Origin: Octopus vulgaris
Taxonomy: Eukaryota
Reading direction: 5' to 3'
Assembly (NCBI GenBank): GCA_951406725.2
Contig: OX597815.1
Coordinates: 26,784,001-26,848,000 of the forward strand
DNA: 64,000 nt
Part shown: in pieces, positions 55,371-64,000 of the stretch
How positions within the stretch are numbered: the stretch's first letter is position 1
How the letters are laid out: every line of letters starts with the position of its first letter
The notes under the pieces: model-generated
Databases searched by the model: none
The model's input: the letters and a program-made list of their open reading frames with translations, nothing else
Told to the model about the DNA's origin: nothing
Translations under genes and position numbers: made by a program

Positions 55371-55412
<42 letters not shown>

Positions 55413-56728
55413 CCTCATGGAGGAAAAGTGACAGAGTTCCTTTCGAGTGCTCGGCCTCACAGAAGTAAAGTGGCTGAGTTCCTGTTGAGAGTTGGGTCTC
55501 ACAGAGGCAAGGTGGCCAACTTCCTTTCGTGCATTGGGCCTCACAGAGGCAATGACCAAGACCTTTGGCATTATGTTTTGCTTGAGAAGAAGACCCATCA
55601 AGCCAAGCAAAATCACTGTTGTGGCAGACACTGGTGTCATGCAAATTGGCACCGATGCCAGTGGCATGTATAAGCACCCATTACTCTCAAGGTAGTTGGT
55701 AATAGTAAAGGCATGCAGCCGTAAAATACCATGCAAAATCAGACTGAAGTTTGGTGCAGCCTTCCAGCCCAGTCAAACCATCCAACCCATGCCAGCATGG
55801 ACAACAGACATTAAATGATGTGTATATAATTTTATATATATACTAGCAGTATCGCCCGGCATTGTTCGGGTTTGTAAGGGAAATAACTATATAAGCATTT
55901 TTAGAGAGTTATAGCCAAAAAATGCATTAAAAATGGAAGAAAAATGATGGTAAATTTTTTTTAAATCATTGACCCATCGTAGACATTTTTAGAGAGTTAC
56001 TTCCCTTATATAATAGCGAAAAAAATGGTAAATTTTAAAAAAAATCGTAGACTCATGCTAATACCCAGAAGGGCTCGATATGAATCACGACTATACTGCA
56101 CCGCAAAATGTGAGAGTAGTTAGGAATCTAAATCGTAGGAGACAGACACACAACCTCTCTTTTATATATAAAGATATATATATATATATAATGTTATTAG
56201 GTTATATATTCAAATTTTTTTTTTATTAAATGAAATATTTTACTCCAAGATTGCCAAGACTGCTATGAACCATGCATAGAAAACCCAGCACCAAGTTGAT
56301 CCCAACTGAATAACCTATTAAAAGGTATCCAAGTTGTGACCACTTGTTTCTTTTCCTCAAGAACGTTTATTAAAACTACATTATACTGTCTTCATATTTT
56401 AAAAGAGTATGATATGATTTGGCTTGTTGTCTAAAGACATTCAAGCAACCATTATAGGTTTCTCCTTGGCTCACTTCACTCAATGTTTTAAGAGAAAGAA
56501 CACAAAAACTTATAATAAATTAGGTAAAATTTAAAGGAAAAAGCATATATGTAAAATATATTGAGATAACATAGGTTTTGAGTGTGCCAACAACAAAATA
56601 AAATTTTTTAAATTACCATCATCAGAAAGTCCAAAAGTTTCATCATTTCGGAGATCATTGTCTTCTTCATCTTCTGGGGCTTCAATTAGTTCATTGTCAT
56701 ATTCTCCAAGTTTCCCTGCTCCAAGAGC
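25564..56728 (-). CDS. PATL1: Protein PAT1 homolog (decapping activator / P-body scaffold); 19 coding exons, 2490 nt; first exon not found
   Basis: All introns GT-AG with consistent phase. Conserved motifs: [96 protein letters not shown]. Confidence 0.93.
26928..27025 (-). CDS. PATL1: PATL1 exon (FACSVISSLLNRAE...QLRSA-W)
   Basis: TTTTCAG acceptor, GTAAAT donor, 98 nt, phase 0 to 2. Confidence 0.88.
27240..27671 (+). mobile_element. tRNA-derived SINE family A, near full length
   Basis: Near-identical to 4448-4839 with a longer TA/TG microsatellite. Confidence 0.9.
28037..28177 (-). CDS. PATL1: PATL1 exon (GLMVLSETV...LALQNK)
   Basis: TTTTCCAG acceptor, GTAATG donor, 141 nt, phase 0 to 0. 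Confidence 0.9.
28853..30830 (-). mobile_element. RTE-clade LINE, 5'-truncated and decayed (RT domain to 3' tail)
   Basis: IPNDWHSSTIVNCYKGKGDAIDRNNYRGIKLLD, FGFVPGRSTTNAIF, LAFVDLGKAFDR, PWELLYADDL, WPCSICRKGVGRNSIRCTQCK; (GAT)n tail. Confidence 0.92.
31188..31465 (+). mobile_element. Inverted duplicate of the adjacent RTE RT segment
   Basis: Reverse complement of about 30270-30597, with the YLAKDKPLYLAFVDLGK segment deleted. Confidence 0.85.
31681..32368 (-). mobile_element. RTE LINE 3' end
   Basis: RRLRWYGHVARMDEDSCVKKCHTLAVEGTCGRGRPKKTW, then 3' UTR and (GAT)n tail. Confidence 0.9.
32370..32445 (-). mobile_element. Tiny Helitron helicase remnant
   Basis: LLPSGRTAYSAFKLSLNL resembles the PIF1/Helitron motif LLxGGRTAHSxFKLPLN. 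Confidence 0.55.
32716..32790 (-). CDS. PATL1: PATL1 exon (EHSKAVLVTIMKNLPHFIKRDQPEE)
   Basis: TTTCAACAG acceptor, GTACG donor, 75 nt. Confidence 0.9.
33628..33842 (-). mobile_element. RTE 3' UTR fragment
   Basis: (CAT)n-CGTTTAGCGTCCGCTTTCCATGCTAGCATGGG, same as 31681. Confidence 0.8.
34554..34704 (-). CDS. PATL1: PATL1 exon (R-KKLYEDRTEK...[18 protein letters not shown])
   Basis: CTTGTAG acceptor, GTTTGT donor, 151 nt, phase 2 to 0; conserved KGxK motif. Confidence 0.9.
34861..34928 (-). CDS. PATL1: PATL1 exon (AYVILLDIDDLEKRVLALPEES-R)
   Basis: TTCTTCAG acceptor, GTTTGT donor, 68 nt. Confidence 0.9.
35106..35266 (-). CDS. PATL1: PATL1 exon ([20 protein letters not shown]...MEIEK)
   Basis: Poly-T then TAAAG acceptor, GTACG donor, 161 nt. 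Confidence 0.92.
35606..36002 (-). mobile_element. Full-length SINE family A, nested in an older SINE (about 35405-36050)
   Basis: Reverse complement of 4448-4839; the interrupted element resumes at 36003. Confidence 0.88.
36629..36746 (-). CDS. PATL1: PATL1 exon (RYTLRKSAEERKKK...KLIIPALAKIETKAYTP)
   Basis: TTATTGAAG acceptor, GTAAAT donor, 118 nt, phase 0 to 1. Confidence 0.85.
36904..37272. mobile_element. Small element with ~88-bp inverted repeats enclosing a hammerhead-like motif
   Basis: 36904-36991 is an imperfect reverse complement of 37185-37272 (CCTAAATGTGGC...GGAAGACATCTCCTCCAGCTG). Confidence 0.8.
37084..37128 (+). ncRNA. Minimal type I hammerhead ribozyme motif with one core substitution
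   Basis: CACACA-CTAATGA-TGGGT TATT ACCCA-GAAAC-CCAG-GTC-TGTGTG; stems I and II pair perfectly; core CUGAUGA reads CUAAUGA. Confidence 0.7.
37289..37569 (-). mobile_element. SINE family A with internal deletion
   Basis: Reverse complement of the SINE A head and tail, missing about 100 bp of the 3' body. Confidence 0.85.
38080..38490 (-). mobile_element. Diverged RTE 3' UTR fragment
   Basis: (CAT)n tail and CTGATCTGGCAATGTTTCTACAGCT...GCCAACCAC motif. Confidence 0.7.
38636..38819 (-). CDS. PATL1: PATL1 exon (N-QNKNNY...[37 protein letters not shown])
   Basis: TTTACAG acceptor, GTAAGT donor, 184 nt; most conserved PAT1 mid-domain motif. Confidence 0.95.
39919..39984 (-). CDS. PATL1: PATL1 exon (R-IPHPNDNVRIHRPPHQMRQFN)
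   Basis: TTTTTTAG acceptor, GTGAGT donor, 66 nt, phase 2 to 2. Confidence 0.8.
40428..40536 (-). CDS. PATL1: PATL1 exon (G-NLARNHPVPRFPPN...NINGQ)
   Basis: TTTCTTAG acceptor, GTAAGT donor, 109 nt, phase 1 to 2. Confidence 0.82.
40865..42095 (+). mobile_element. Full-length decayed Tc1/mariner-superfamily transposon, DD37D (maT) type
   Basis: TA TSDs; TIRs CAGGGTATCCCAGAAATATTTA / TAAATCTTTCTGGGAAACCCTG; transposase remnant EDEAPDH...WPPPSPGNINPMDF with 37 residues between the last two aspartates. Confidence 0.88.
42430..43030 (-). mobile_element. Decayed RTE LINE fragment (its 3' tail at about 40720-40862 is separated by the DD37D element)
   Basis: WELLYADD at about 42855-42880 and GACGTERPRRTCDEVVKVDL. 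Confidence 0.7.
43213..43329 (-). CDS. PATL1: PATL1 exon (G-MHLGMNRNSTP...PCNSLI)
   Basis: CTATTCAG acceptor, GTAAAA donor, 117 nt, phase 1 to 1. Confidence 0.78.
43700..44072 (-). mobile_element. Full-length tRNA-derived SINE family C with 11-bp TSD
   Basis: Head GGAGGCACAATGGCCCAGTGGTTAGG (A box), GGTTTCGATTCC (B box); TSD GCTGTTACATT at 43689-43699 and 44073-44083. Confidence 0.9.
44359..44780 (+). mobile_element. SINE family A with expanded TG microsatellite
   Basis: Matches 4448-4839 with the B-box region deleted. Confidence 0.85.
44896..45085 (-). CDS. PATL1: PATL1 exon (TNKMSGSLNSMP...GPSPIP)
   Basis: TTTTATCAG acceptor, GTAAGC donor, 190 nt. Confidence 0.85.
45365..45670 (+). mobile_element. 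5' fragment of a mariner transposon
   Basis: MEVTKEHIQHILLNEFNKDNNATESVRNINAVYGDRTIS resembles the mariner N-terminal HTH. Confidence 0.7.
45675..46320 (-). mobile_element. CR1/L2-group LINE ORF2 C-terminal fragment
   Basis: RLRKLQLYSLEQRRERYVIIYIWKVLEGLVPNFG and FIKELDILLSTILDEP. Confidence 0.7.
46519..46667 (+). mobile_element. RTE 3' end
   Basis: GGCGTTAGGAAGGGCATCCAGC...GGACGCTAAAC followed by (GAT)n. Confidence 0.8.
46999..47253 (-). CDS. PATL1: PATL1 exon (NSKQMMQ...[10 protein letters not shown]...FNNAHD)
   Basis: CTTGCAG acceptor, GTAAGT donor, 255 nt. Confidence 0.88.
47315..47501. mobile_element. piggyBac-like MITE
   Basis: TTAA flanks; TIRs CCGTTTAGCATT / AATGCTAAAGGG. Confidence 0.75.
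47615..48550. mobile_element. piggyBac-like non-autonomous element
   Basis: TTAA flanks; TIRs CCTTTTCATTAC / GTAAGGAAAAGG. Confidence 0.6.
49010..49310 (-). mobile_element. RTE RT fragment
   Basis: EEFGVQVGIHQDSVLSPLLF...WELLYADD. Confidence 0.8.
49629..49772 (-). CDS. PATL1: PATL1 exon (VSPNSHSIWWSPP...GQTSLQ)
   Basis: TTCTAAG acceptor, GTAAGT donor, 144 nt. Confidence 0.85.
50242..50670 (-). mobile_element. RTE 3' end
   Basis: Highly similar to about 31681-32190. Confidence 0.85.
52180..52248 (-). CDS. PATL1: PATL1 exon (KPINLNHLFGPSSPPGLLDTEHL)
   Basis: TTTAG acceptor, GTAAGA donor, 69 nt. Confidence 0.82.
52560..52697 (-). CDS. PATL1: PATL1 exon (EFLEESIYNLVVDDDEEEDE...KDVPK)
   Basis: TATTTCAG acceptor, GTAAGC donor, 138 nt. 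Confidence 0.87.
53922..54085 (-). CDS. PATL1: PATL1 exon (A-YEWQEDHNPL...VFRIQE)
   Basis: TTTATCAG acceptor, GTATTT donor, 164 nt, phase 1 to 0. Confidence 0.87.
55186..55272 (-). ncRNA. Minimal type I hammerhead ribozyme with intact catalytic core
   Basis: Minus strand reads GCGG-CUGAAGA-[A GGCU...AGCC A]-GAAAC-AUAU-GUA-CCGC; stem I GCGG/CCGC, palindromic loop III, GUA cleavage triplet. Confidence 0.78.
55410..55820 (+). mobile_element. RTE-related 3' fragment with ~44-bp internal tandem units
   Basis: Repeated GGCCTCACAGAGG units; ends CCAACCCATGCCAGCATGG...ACATTAAATGATG. Confidence 0.65.
55843..56174 (-). mobile_element. Non-autonomous Helitron, 332 bp
   Basis: Minus strand begins TC(TTTATATATAAAAG), ends with hairpin CCCG-AACAATGC-CGGG then CTAG, and sits between host A and T with no TSD. 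Confidence 0.82.
56617..56728 (-). CDS. PATL1: PATL1 most 5' coding exon found (ALGAGKLGEYDNELIEAPEDEEDNDLRNDETFGLSDD)
   Basis: TTTGCTGCAG acceptor, GTAATT donor, 112 nt; acidic N-terminus with ND(E/D)TFG motif. Confidence 0.9.
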
Positions 56729-58529
56729 CTGCAGCAAAAAAATAAAACATAAAATATATACCATTGAGACTACTAAACTTATTTTCAGATATCCAAGACT
56801 GCTTCATGCTCACATGTTCTACATTTCTTCAACAAAGGGAAAGGCTAATCATTATTTTACAGCATAAATTGTATAGATTGCCACAGTCCAAATCAGTTTT
56901 TGTTCAGAGTTTTGCCCTCCTAAGTCAGTCAAAGGATCATATCTTGTTCATACATCCCAATTTTGGTACGGTTTCTATGGTTGGATAACTTTCCTAGCAC
57001 CAAAAAGCCAGTGCATTTTTATTATGGTACCAACATCAGAGAGGCTTTCATGTCTTGAACAAAACTAAAGGACCTTCATTTGGAGGTAGCATGACAAAGA
57101 GTGGGGTCAATAGAAGAGAGCAATGACAGTGAGGCTAAAGTAAAAGGAGTAGAGATATTGTGGGGAAACAGTGTAAAAGTGGAGTGATGTAAGAGTGAAA
57201 GTATTGAGAACAAGTAATACAAGAGGCAATACTGGCAGCTACATGTTTGCTGGTCTGTTAAATTTGAATAGTAATAGGGTTGAGTGATGGTGAGAGAATG
57301 ATGAGCAAAAGAACAATGGTTTCATATACAAAAAATTGTCCTCCTATAGGTTCAAAATTAACATTTAGATAAGTTGAATTATGCTGTACAGTTACTCATC
57401 TATGAGGCAATGGTTTAAATAAATCTGAAATATTGACCCTCTATAGAGCAGAGGAGTTGAATATAAAGGATAAAGAAACACAAGAAACTTCTCTAAGTAA
57501 CATTTCTTGCAGAAAAAGATTCAAACTCTCAAGAAGATACAAGGAAAAAGAAGCAAGACTAAAGATTAGGTTAGAATATATACTACAATTTCAGACACAT
57601 AAATAGTAGACATACTGGCACTGTGTCACCTTCAAAACACAACAGTTAAGGGATCAGGAACCAGCATTTCATCATTAGATATGTCATAAACTTAGCTATT
57701 TTTAAATAGTATAAACATATTTTACTTTTCTTCTAACTTGTAACTTAAGCAGAGTTACGGTATGGAGCAATTGTTTGACAAACATTTTAACTAAGAACAT
57801 CTTACATAAAGACAATAGATGTTAATGATTTAAAGACAGCAAAGTTTCCTGAACATTCAGCAATTACATAAACTTATTACCCGTCCTGCTCATCAAGCAT
57901 GTCCATTTACTTACAGTCGTGAAATAGAAAGGAAAATTCACAATTTCTTTACATTTATCATTGTTACTTCAAAGATTTGAGCATCCTTTTAATCATTACC
58001 ATACTGTTTTTTTTTTGCTTTTTTTAAAAAACATACGAGATCAGATTTACGAAGAAAGTCTGCTAAATTTTTTTTTACCAACTTACTGTTTTTCAATGGA
58101 AAGTTCTCACATTCCACATTTAAAAAATATTTTCTATCAAGTGCAATTAAAAAATATTCATACGGTCCACCACTCAACTTAAGCACCTATGAAATTCTCA
58201 TACATTGAAAACTGTCAGGCAGTCAGCTAAATTTGCATATTCAATTATCACAAATTATTCATTAAGTGTTTATGTGCAGTTTGAATAGGTGTATTTTTGT
58301 TTCCTTTTTATATATAATATATATTTACTATTTCTTGTGGTATACTTATTTAATAGTTGTTAATTGTCCATATGCTGCACAGACAATCAAAAATACAGGT
58401 CTGATAAATCAAGACTTTTCTAACTTGATACCATGTTGCAACCACAGAACTTAGGGAATTTATACCAAAGGGACTTACTGGCAGCCTGCAGCCTTTAAGT
58501 TCATCTATTGTAATTTCTACAATTTATGT

Positions 58530-60780
58530 CTGCTCTTCCATGATTGCATGGCTTGAATAGGTCTAGCAGAACATCCCGCCACTTATTGCAATCTCTTGTG
58601 AGATTCAGCCTCGCAAGATTAGCTTTCACCACTCTGTCCCATGTCTTCCTCTTCTGTAAGTTCATTGCACTTCAATTACTTTATACCTCGTTACCCAACT
58701 GTCATTTTCTACATGCATCACTTATCCCATACCAGTTCAGTTTCCTCTAGCAAACTAGATCCAGATCTTCCTTATGTATTCAATGCTTACATTTCATATC
58801 CATGCAATATTGCACTTTATTCACAAGTATCATACAATCAGAAAGAGAATCCCTTTGTTGTCAGGCAGAGTAATCACTCCCTAAACACTTTTCACTTCTT
58901 ACTCCAGTGCAACGTTTTTGAAATGCTCTTATCCACTTACAATTCTAGGTTTGCTTCCATATTTCAAATCGCTTCTTTAATTTTTCAAGATTCAACAGTG
59001 AAAATTAGATCATTGGTATACAAAAGTTCCCACAAACAGTTTGAAACCATCATGGCCTGGAGAACTGTAACAAAAATGGAGCCCTGTTGGACACTTGCTT
59101 GCATGTAAATTTATCATTGAACATGCTATTCACCTATACCTAGGTTTCTTGGTAGCAACCACCCTACAGAGCACAGCACTGTCAAATTACCTTCTCCAGG
59201 TCAAAATTGCTATGCATAGTGGCTTTTTTTTTTTTTTTTTTTTTGCAAAGAACTTGCCTCACTAAAAAGAGGATATCAGTAGTCCCACATCCAAGTACAA
59301 AGCCAAACTATGTAACATCTAAGCTAATTTTTTTTGCCTTTTGGTCTGTTAATGTGATGGCTCTGTAGTTTCTGTCCATCTTTCTAGAGAGACTTCCCTC
59401 TTGTAGCAGTTGATGACATTGACATAAAATCACTGCATATGGTATGTTCCTATACTACCTGACTATATAAAAGACTAATGCAGGTCTTGCTTTGCAGAAT
59501 GTTTTCAGTATCTCGTACATCTTTAATGGAAATTTCAACCATAAAGCAGTTAATTTCAATAGCAACTGGGTATACTTAAAATAGCCCTAGTCTCTCACTT
59601 TTTCTTCATTCAGCAACTTCCTTACAATAACATTTCTATGCCACTTATGATTGCATACACATTTTCCTCTCACTGCATCCCATTTCACACTGGCACACTA
59701 CTTTGCAGTGGAGCACTTTATCCTCTAATCCTCTTATCACAGAATATTGACAAACCTCTTACAGCTTCCCTCCTGGCTACACATTGCACCCATCTATATT
59801 CTTTGCTCTGCCTTTAATCTTTCCAGGCTTGTTTTTTTAGATTTTAAGGCTTTATCTACCATGCCAATCCACAACTTCATCACTTTCTGCTTGATTAAAT
59901 CCTTGTCCCATTTACAGATCTGGTCTGTATTTTGCAGTAGGCTATCTCAAAGAAACTCCAAATTGTCTATATTACAGGATAGATATATACTTGGCCAAGA
60001 GATTTAACAGTTTCCATATCTTCCTTCTCTGGGTTGTCTTGTGCTTTTGGATCTGCCTAGGTCTTACTGATATCACTAATCAATGTTTAGTGGTACATTC
60101 TTCATTGGGGAAAGACTTTGTATTCACAATCATCTGCCTAGCCTTTTCCCTAGTAAGTGGGACATGTATATAGTTTGTGTATCTGCTGGTGTGGTAGGTG
60201 ATAAGATGGATGAATGATTTCTTGAACGTAGTGTTGCAAATAGTGAATTCATATATCTCTATTCACTGCATGTACCATAAACATAGTCTTGTATGTTTGG
60301 AATAACTACCATGTTCAATAATGTCACCAATCTTGATAACAAGATTGCTATTATCAAAGAGGGAGGCAAAAGAAATCCATAAAAATAGTCTTTTTATTCA
60401 CTCAGTCCTGATTTAGATGTCATAAGACCTATGACTAGTCTAAACTTAATTGTCACATATTCTGACAACTTTAATTCTTTATCCATTTCTGTGCCAACAA
60501 CAGGTCTACATTTCCAACTCCAGTACTGTTACATACCAACAAAAATTTGCACTTCTGTTCTTTACCCATTACAAGTCTAGCTGAAGCACTGCTCTTACCT
60601 CTTGTACAGAGCACATCTACTCACTTCACTAATATCTCTACAATCTCTTCAGACCCACTTTTCATTGTGCTAAAGCTGATGGTGCCAGCCCTCAAGTTTT
60701 GTACCAACCAGTGGAGCAGGGGAGTTTCTGGTGGTGGATTTTCTGCATCAGAAAGGGAAGAGAGATGGTGAAATCATTTG
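58530..60780 (-). mobile_element. Old, heavily decayed and internally deleted RTE-like LINE
   Basis: Minus-strand remnant VFRE*LLCLTTKGFSF*LYDTCE*SAILHGYEM parallels the RTE at about 29700-29800; boundaries approximate. Confidence 0.5.
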
Positions 60781-61439
60781 AAAATGGTCAAGTTTTCATT
60801 TGACCATCATCAAATGATTGCACTAATTCACACAGCATGGCTAGGTGTTTGCAACTGGCTACTCACCCACAATAGTGCACAGTTCTAACATAAATGTAGG
60901 CCCTGTATATACAATTAAGACTTTTCACTGACTTGACAATCATGCTGATGTGTTCTTAGATAGCTGGATGCCCTTCTTGTTATAAACTACTTTCCTGAAT
61001 GCATTTTGTGTTATTGATAAGACTGAGACCCCTTTACACAATTGTGTCAGTTCTTACCTAGATTTGCAAAGTGCATGCCAAAATTTCAAGACTTTATTTT
61101 AGGAGGTAGTTTTGTGTCCTATATTATTCTCATTTTAGTATATCATTATTATACATCTAATAAGCTGACTTGGAGACAACTGTAACAGCTCTTTGAACAC
61201 ACCCTACTAAACACTGCTTGTCACAACTGACTAGTTTTCTGAATGCAATTGGAACAAGAAGACTATTTGGAAGCTCATTATACAATAAAGTTGTTAAACT
61301 AAGCAAAAATATTGCTTATGAAATGCTTTATGGATTAACTTGCATGAGCTGAGCATGTTTTTTGCTGGCACAAGAGGCCAGGCAAAGCTGAAGATACACC
61401 CACAAGATACCTTCTGGTCAGTCAACCAAAAATAATTGT

Positions 61440-61772
61440 AATTTTGAAGGAGTTCCGGAAGAGATTTCATTGCAAAAGGCCAGAGTACCTGCATCAGTCC
61501 ACAGTTTCATCCTGGCAATCAGCTACTTGACAGAAATGGGCATCAAAACTATCCCTAACCCTCCCTACAGTCCAGACCTTGCTCCCTGTGACTTTTGGTT
61601 GTTCCAAATTTGAGAAGATCAAGGAGGCTGTAACAAGGGTAGTGGACAGCATTAAGTGGCTGAAGCACTAGAAGTGCTTTGAAGTCAGAAGGTCCTAATT
61701 TGAAAAACAGTTTTGTACAATTTTGAAAATGTCTCTCCTAAAAAAGTCAGAATACTTCTGGAATGCACCTTG
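61440..61772 (+). mobile_element. Mariner transposon 3' remnant
   Basis: PPYSPDLAPCDFWLF at about 61560-61605 and a TIR-like end GAATACTTCTGGAATGCACCTTG-TA. Confidence 0.78.
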
Positions 61773-61926
61773 TACTTTCATAGGAGTCTGCAGAGTCCAT
61801 TTTATCCAAATTTTATTTCAAGTTACAGCCAACAGAGTTGGGGAGACAGATGGAAACACCATAGCAGGAGTGTGGTGTTCACCAACAGGCTATGTCAAGA
61901 ACCCTTCTGTTAGAATAGTTAACCGC

Positions 61927-62071
61927 GGAGTGGTTGGCATTAGGAAGGGCATCCAGCTGTAGAAACACTGCCAGATCAGACTGGAGCCTGGTGCAGCCCC
62001 TGGCTTCTCAGACCCCGGTCGAACTGTCCAACCCGTGCTAGCGCGGAAAACGGACGTTAAACGATGATGAT
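61927..62071 (+). mobile_element. RTE 3' end
   Basis: GGAGTGGTTGGCATTAGGAAGGGCATCC...GGACGTTAAAC followed by (GAT)n. Confidence 0.82.
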
Positions 62072-64000
62072 TTTCCAAGATGGTTTTTTTTAATAGTTAA
62101 ATTGCTAAGAGAAAGAGGCATATGGAGTGATGGGGTAGGGTATGGGGGAAACGACATTGTGTGCACCTGTCAACTATTAATCTGTTCTTGTATTCTAGTT
62201 ATAATTAGTCAGTAGAGTGGAAGCAATACTGGCAACCTTTGCAAGTCATGTCAGCCTAGTGAGATCAACATAATTGATGACGTTCAAGTGAAACATTTGT
62301 GGGGCAATGCTGAAATAGCATGGGTAGAGAATGAATTCCAGAGTGAGATATGTTTGCCATAGAAATGGTTAATCTCACAACTGTTGGCACAAAATTCCCA
62401 GATGAATGATGTTGATTTATATAGATATGTATGCACACAAGAGAATGAATAAAAAAGTGAAAACAAAATCTGCAGCATCTTCAGAGATAGTTGAGATATT
62501 AAAAGCACCAGTCATTTCCTTAGCAAATTAGATTGAGAAGGAATACAATTTTACCTAATGACTAACCTAACATCACTACTGTCAGCTACTCTAAAAGATT
62601 TAGAAGGAGGAATCAAGGAATGTCTATTTAACATCATTGTTTAACGTCTGTTTTCCATGCTGGCATGGGTTAGTTCACAGATTTTGATTGAATTCTGTAT
62701 TTTATGTTTGCTGTAAGAATTTCAAAAGAAATACTTAGAAGCAAAACTACTTTGTAATTATTCACCTAGAAAAAGCTTTTGCCAGAGTCTGAAGAATAAT
62801 GGCCTGCAATGGGAAAAAGTTCAAAATGGCTTAGGAGTGACTGACCAAAATAAGAAATTTTATGCACGCTTAAATATTCATAGAAACATGCAGTAAATAA
62901 CTGAGTTTATGTGAATCACTGGAGGTAGAGCGAGTGCTTCCATAGTAGCAGTTTTCAAAAGGAAAAAGGAGGTTGGTTACTATAGTGAACGATATCTCAA
63001 GTTAGACTAAGAGGTAAATGTCTTAAATGCAGGAAAACCTGTAGAAGACTGTCACATCTAGTGAAAGTGTTAATGATAAAGAGAAAAATTTGAGCAAAGA
63101 AAAATAATGAGCAACAAGGATTTATATGTCAGCCATAAGGCTGAAATGCATGGAAAGATTTGGCACAGAAACAGTTGAACCAAACAACAAGCCAACACAG
63201 GAAAGTAGACTAAAAATGGCAAAGTAATTCAATATTAAATGTAAAAAAAAAAAAAACAATGCTAAATAGTTGTATTCTATTAAATGTTTATTATATTTTG
63301 TATAGTATACTTTACCAAAATTATTCTTTAACTCCATGGTAAAGCAAATTTGAGGATATAAACCAGATTTTAAAAATACTTTTCCTGAAAGTTTTTTTTA
63401 TTAAACAAAGGCAGGATCTCAAAGAGAATAGAGATTCTGATAATCCAAGTCCATGTTTTGCTGCTCCTATGATTACAGAGATTGTTCTTGTGTGCATATC
63501 CTACATCTTCAATATTTCTATTTTCAGTCATATGCAAACAGACTTTTATTGAAATATCTGTTGTACAAGATACATTAATAATGCGATTTAGACCTAACTC
63601 GTCTTTTAATATCAGACCAATTCATTCCTGCTGTTTCAGTTTACTGTTAGATGAAGAACAATGCTTATGACTTCTAAAAGTTAATCTAGACTGTAGAATA
63701 AGACTAGCTGAATGGTACCATCAAATGTTAATTTTCGATCTTAATTCAGAGAGGGTATACATGGATACAAAGCTAATGGTGCGGGAAAGATGAACCGAGC
63801 GAAAGTATCAGAAACTTGCTTGTGGTGCACCTGAGCACTGTATACAATAATTTCATTATTATTATTAAACCAAGCGACAACAAAGGGAGATAAATACAAT
63901 AGTCAGATTTTATCAAGAAAGCTTAAGACGAAGCAAAAGAAATAGAACACATCTTGTTTGTGTATGTTATATGAGTGAATCACTTTGAATGCAGAGGCGG

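Noticed and set aside
55410-55560. Regularly spaced GGCCTCACAGAGG repeats resembling a CRISPR array
   Set aside because: Spacers are homologous to each other; a tandem unit in a retroelement 3' region, in eukaryotic DNA with no cas genes.
57909-57990. Strong minus-strand donor GTAAGT at 57909-57914 as a candidate PATL1 first exon
   Set aside because: The phase-0 frame upstream hits TGA before any ATG; the first exon is unlocated and may lie outside the window.

Overview
AT-rich, repeat-dense animal genomic DNA, very probably an octopus (inferred from the SINE/RTE families, tandem TGEKPY C2H2 fingers and TA/CA microsatellites). It holds three protein-coding genes, all on the minus strand: a C2H2 zinc-finger gene (7 intact fingers, then a frameshift and decayed fingers), an intronless PNO1, and a PAT1/PATL1 mRNA-decay factor. 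I reconstructed 19 phase-consistent GT-AG coding exons of PATL1 (56728 to 25564, 829 codons plus stop); its first exon was not found. A SINE-poor 13.5 kb region follows its stop codon and may be a very long 3' UTR. Introns and intergenic DNA carry tRNA-derived SINEs, RTE, CR1-like and Penelope-like fragments, DD37D and mariner transposons, piggyBac- and Merlin-like MITEs and Helitron remnants. The most unusual signal is a set of minimal type I hammerhead ribozyme motifs in small intronic elements. One has an intact catalytic core on the PATL1 sense strand (55186-55272); another lies inside a long-inverted-repeat element (37084-37128).
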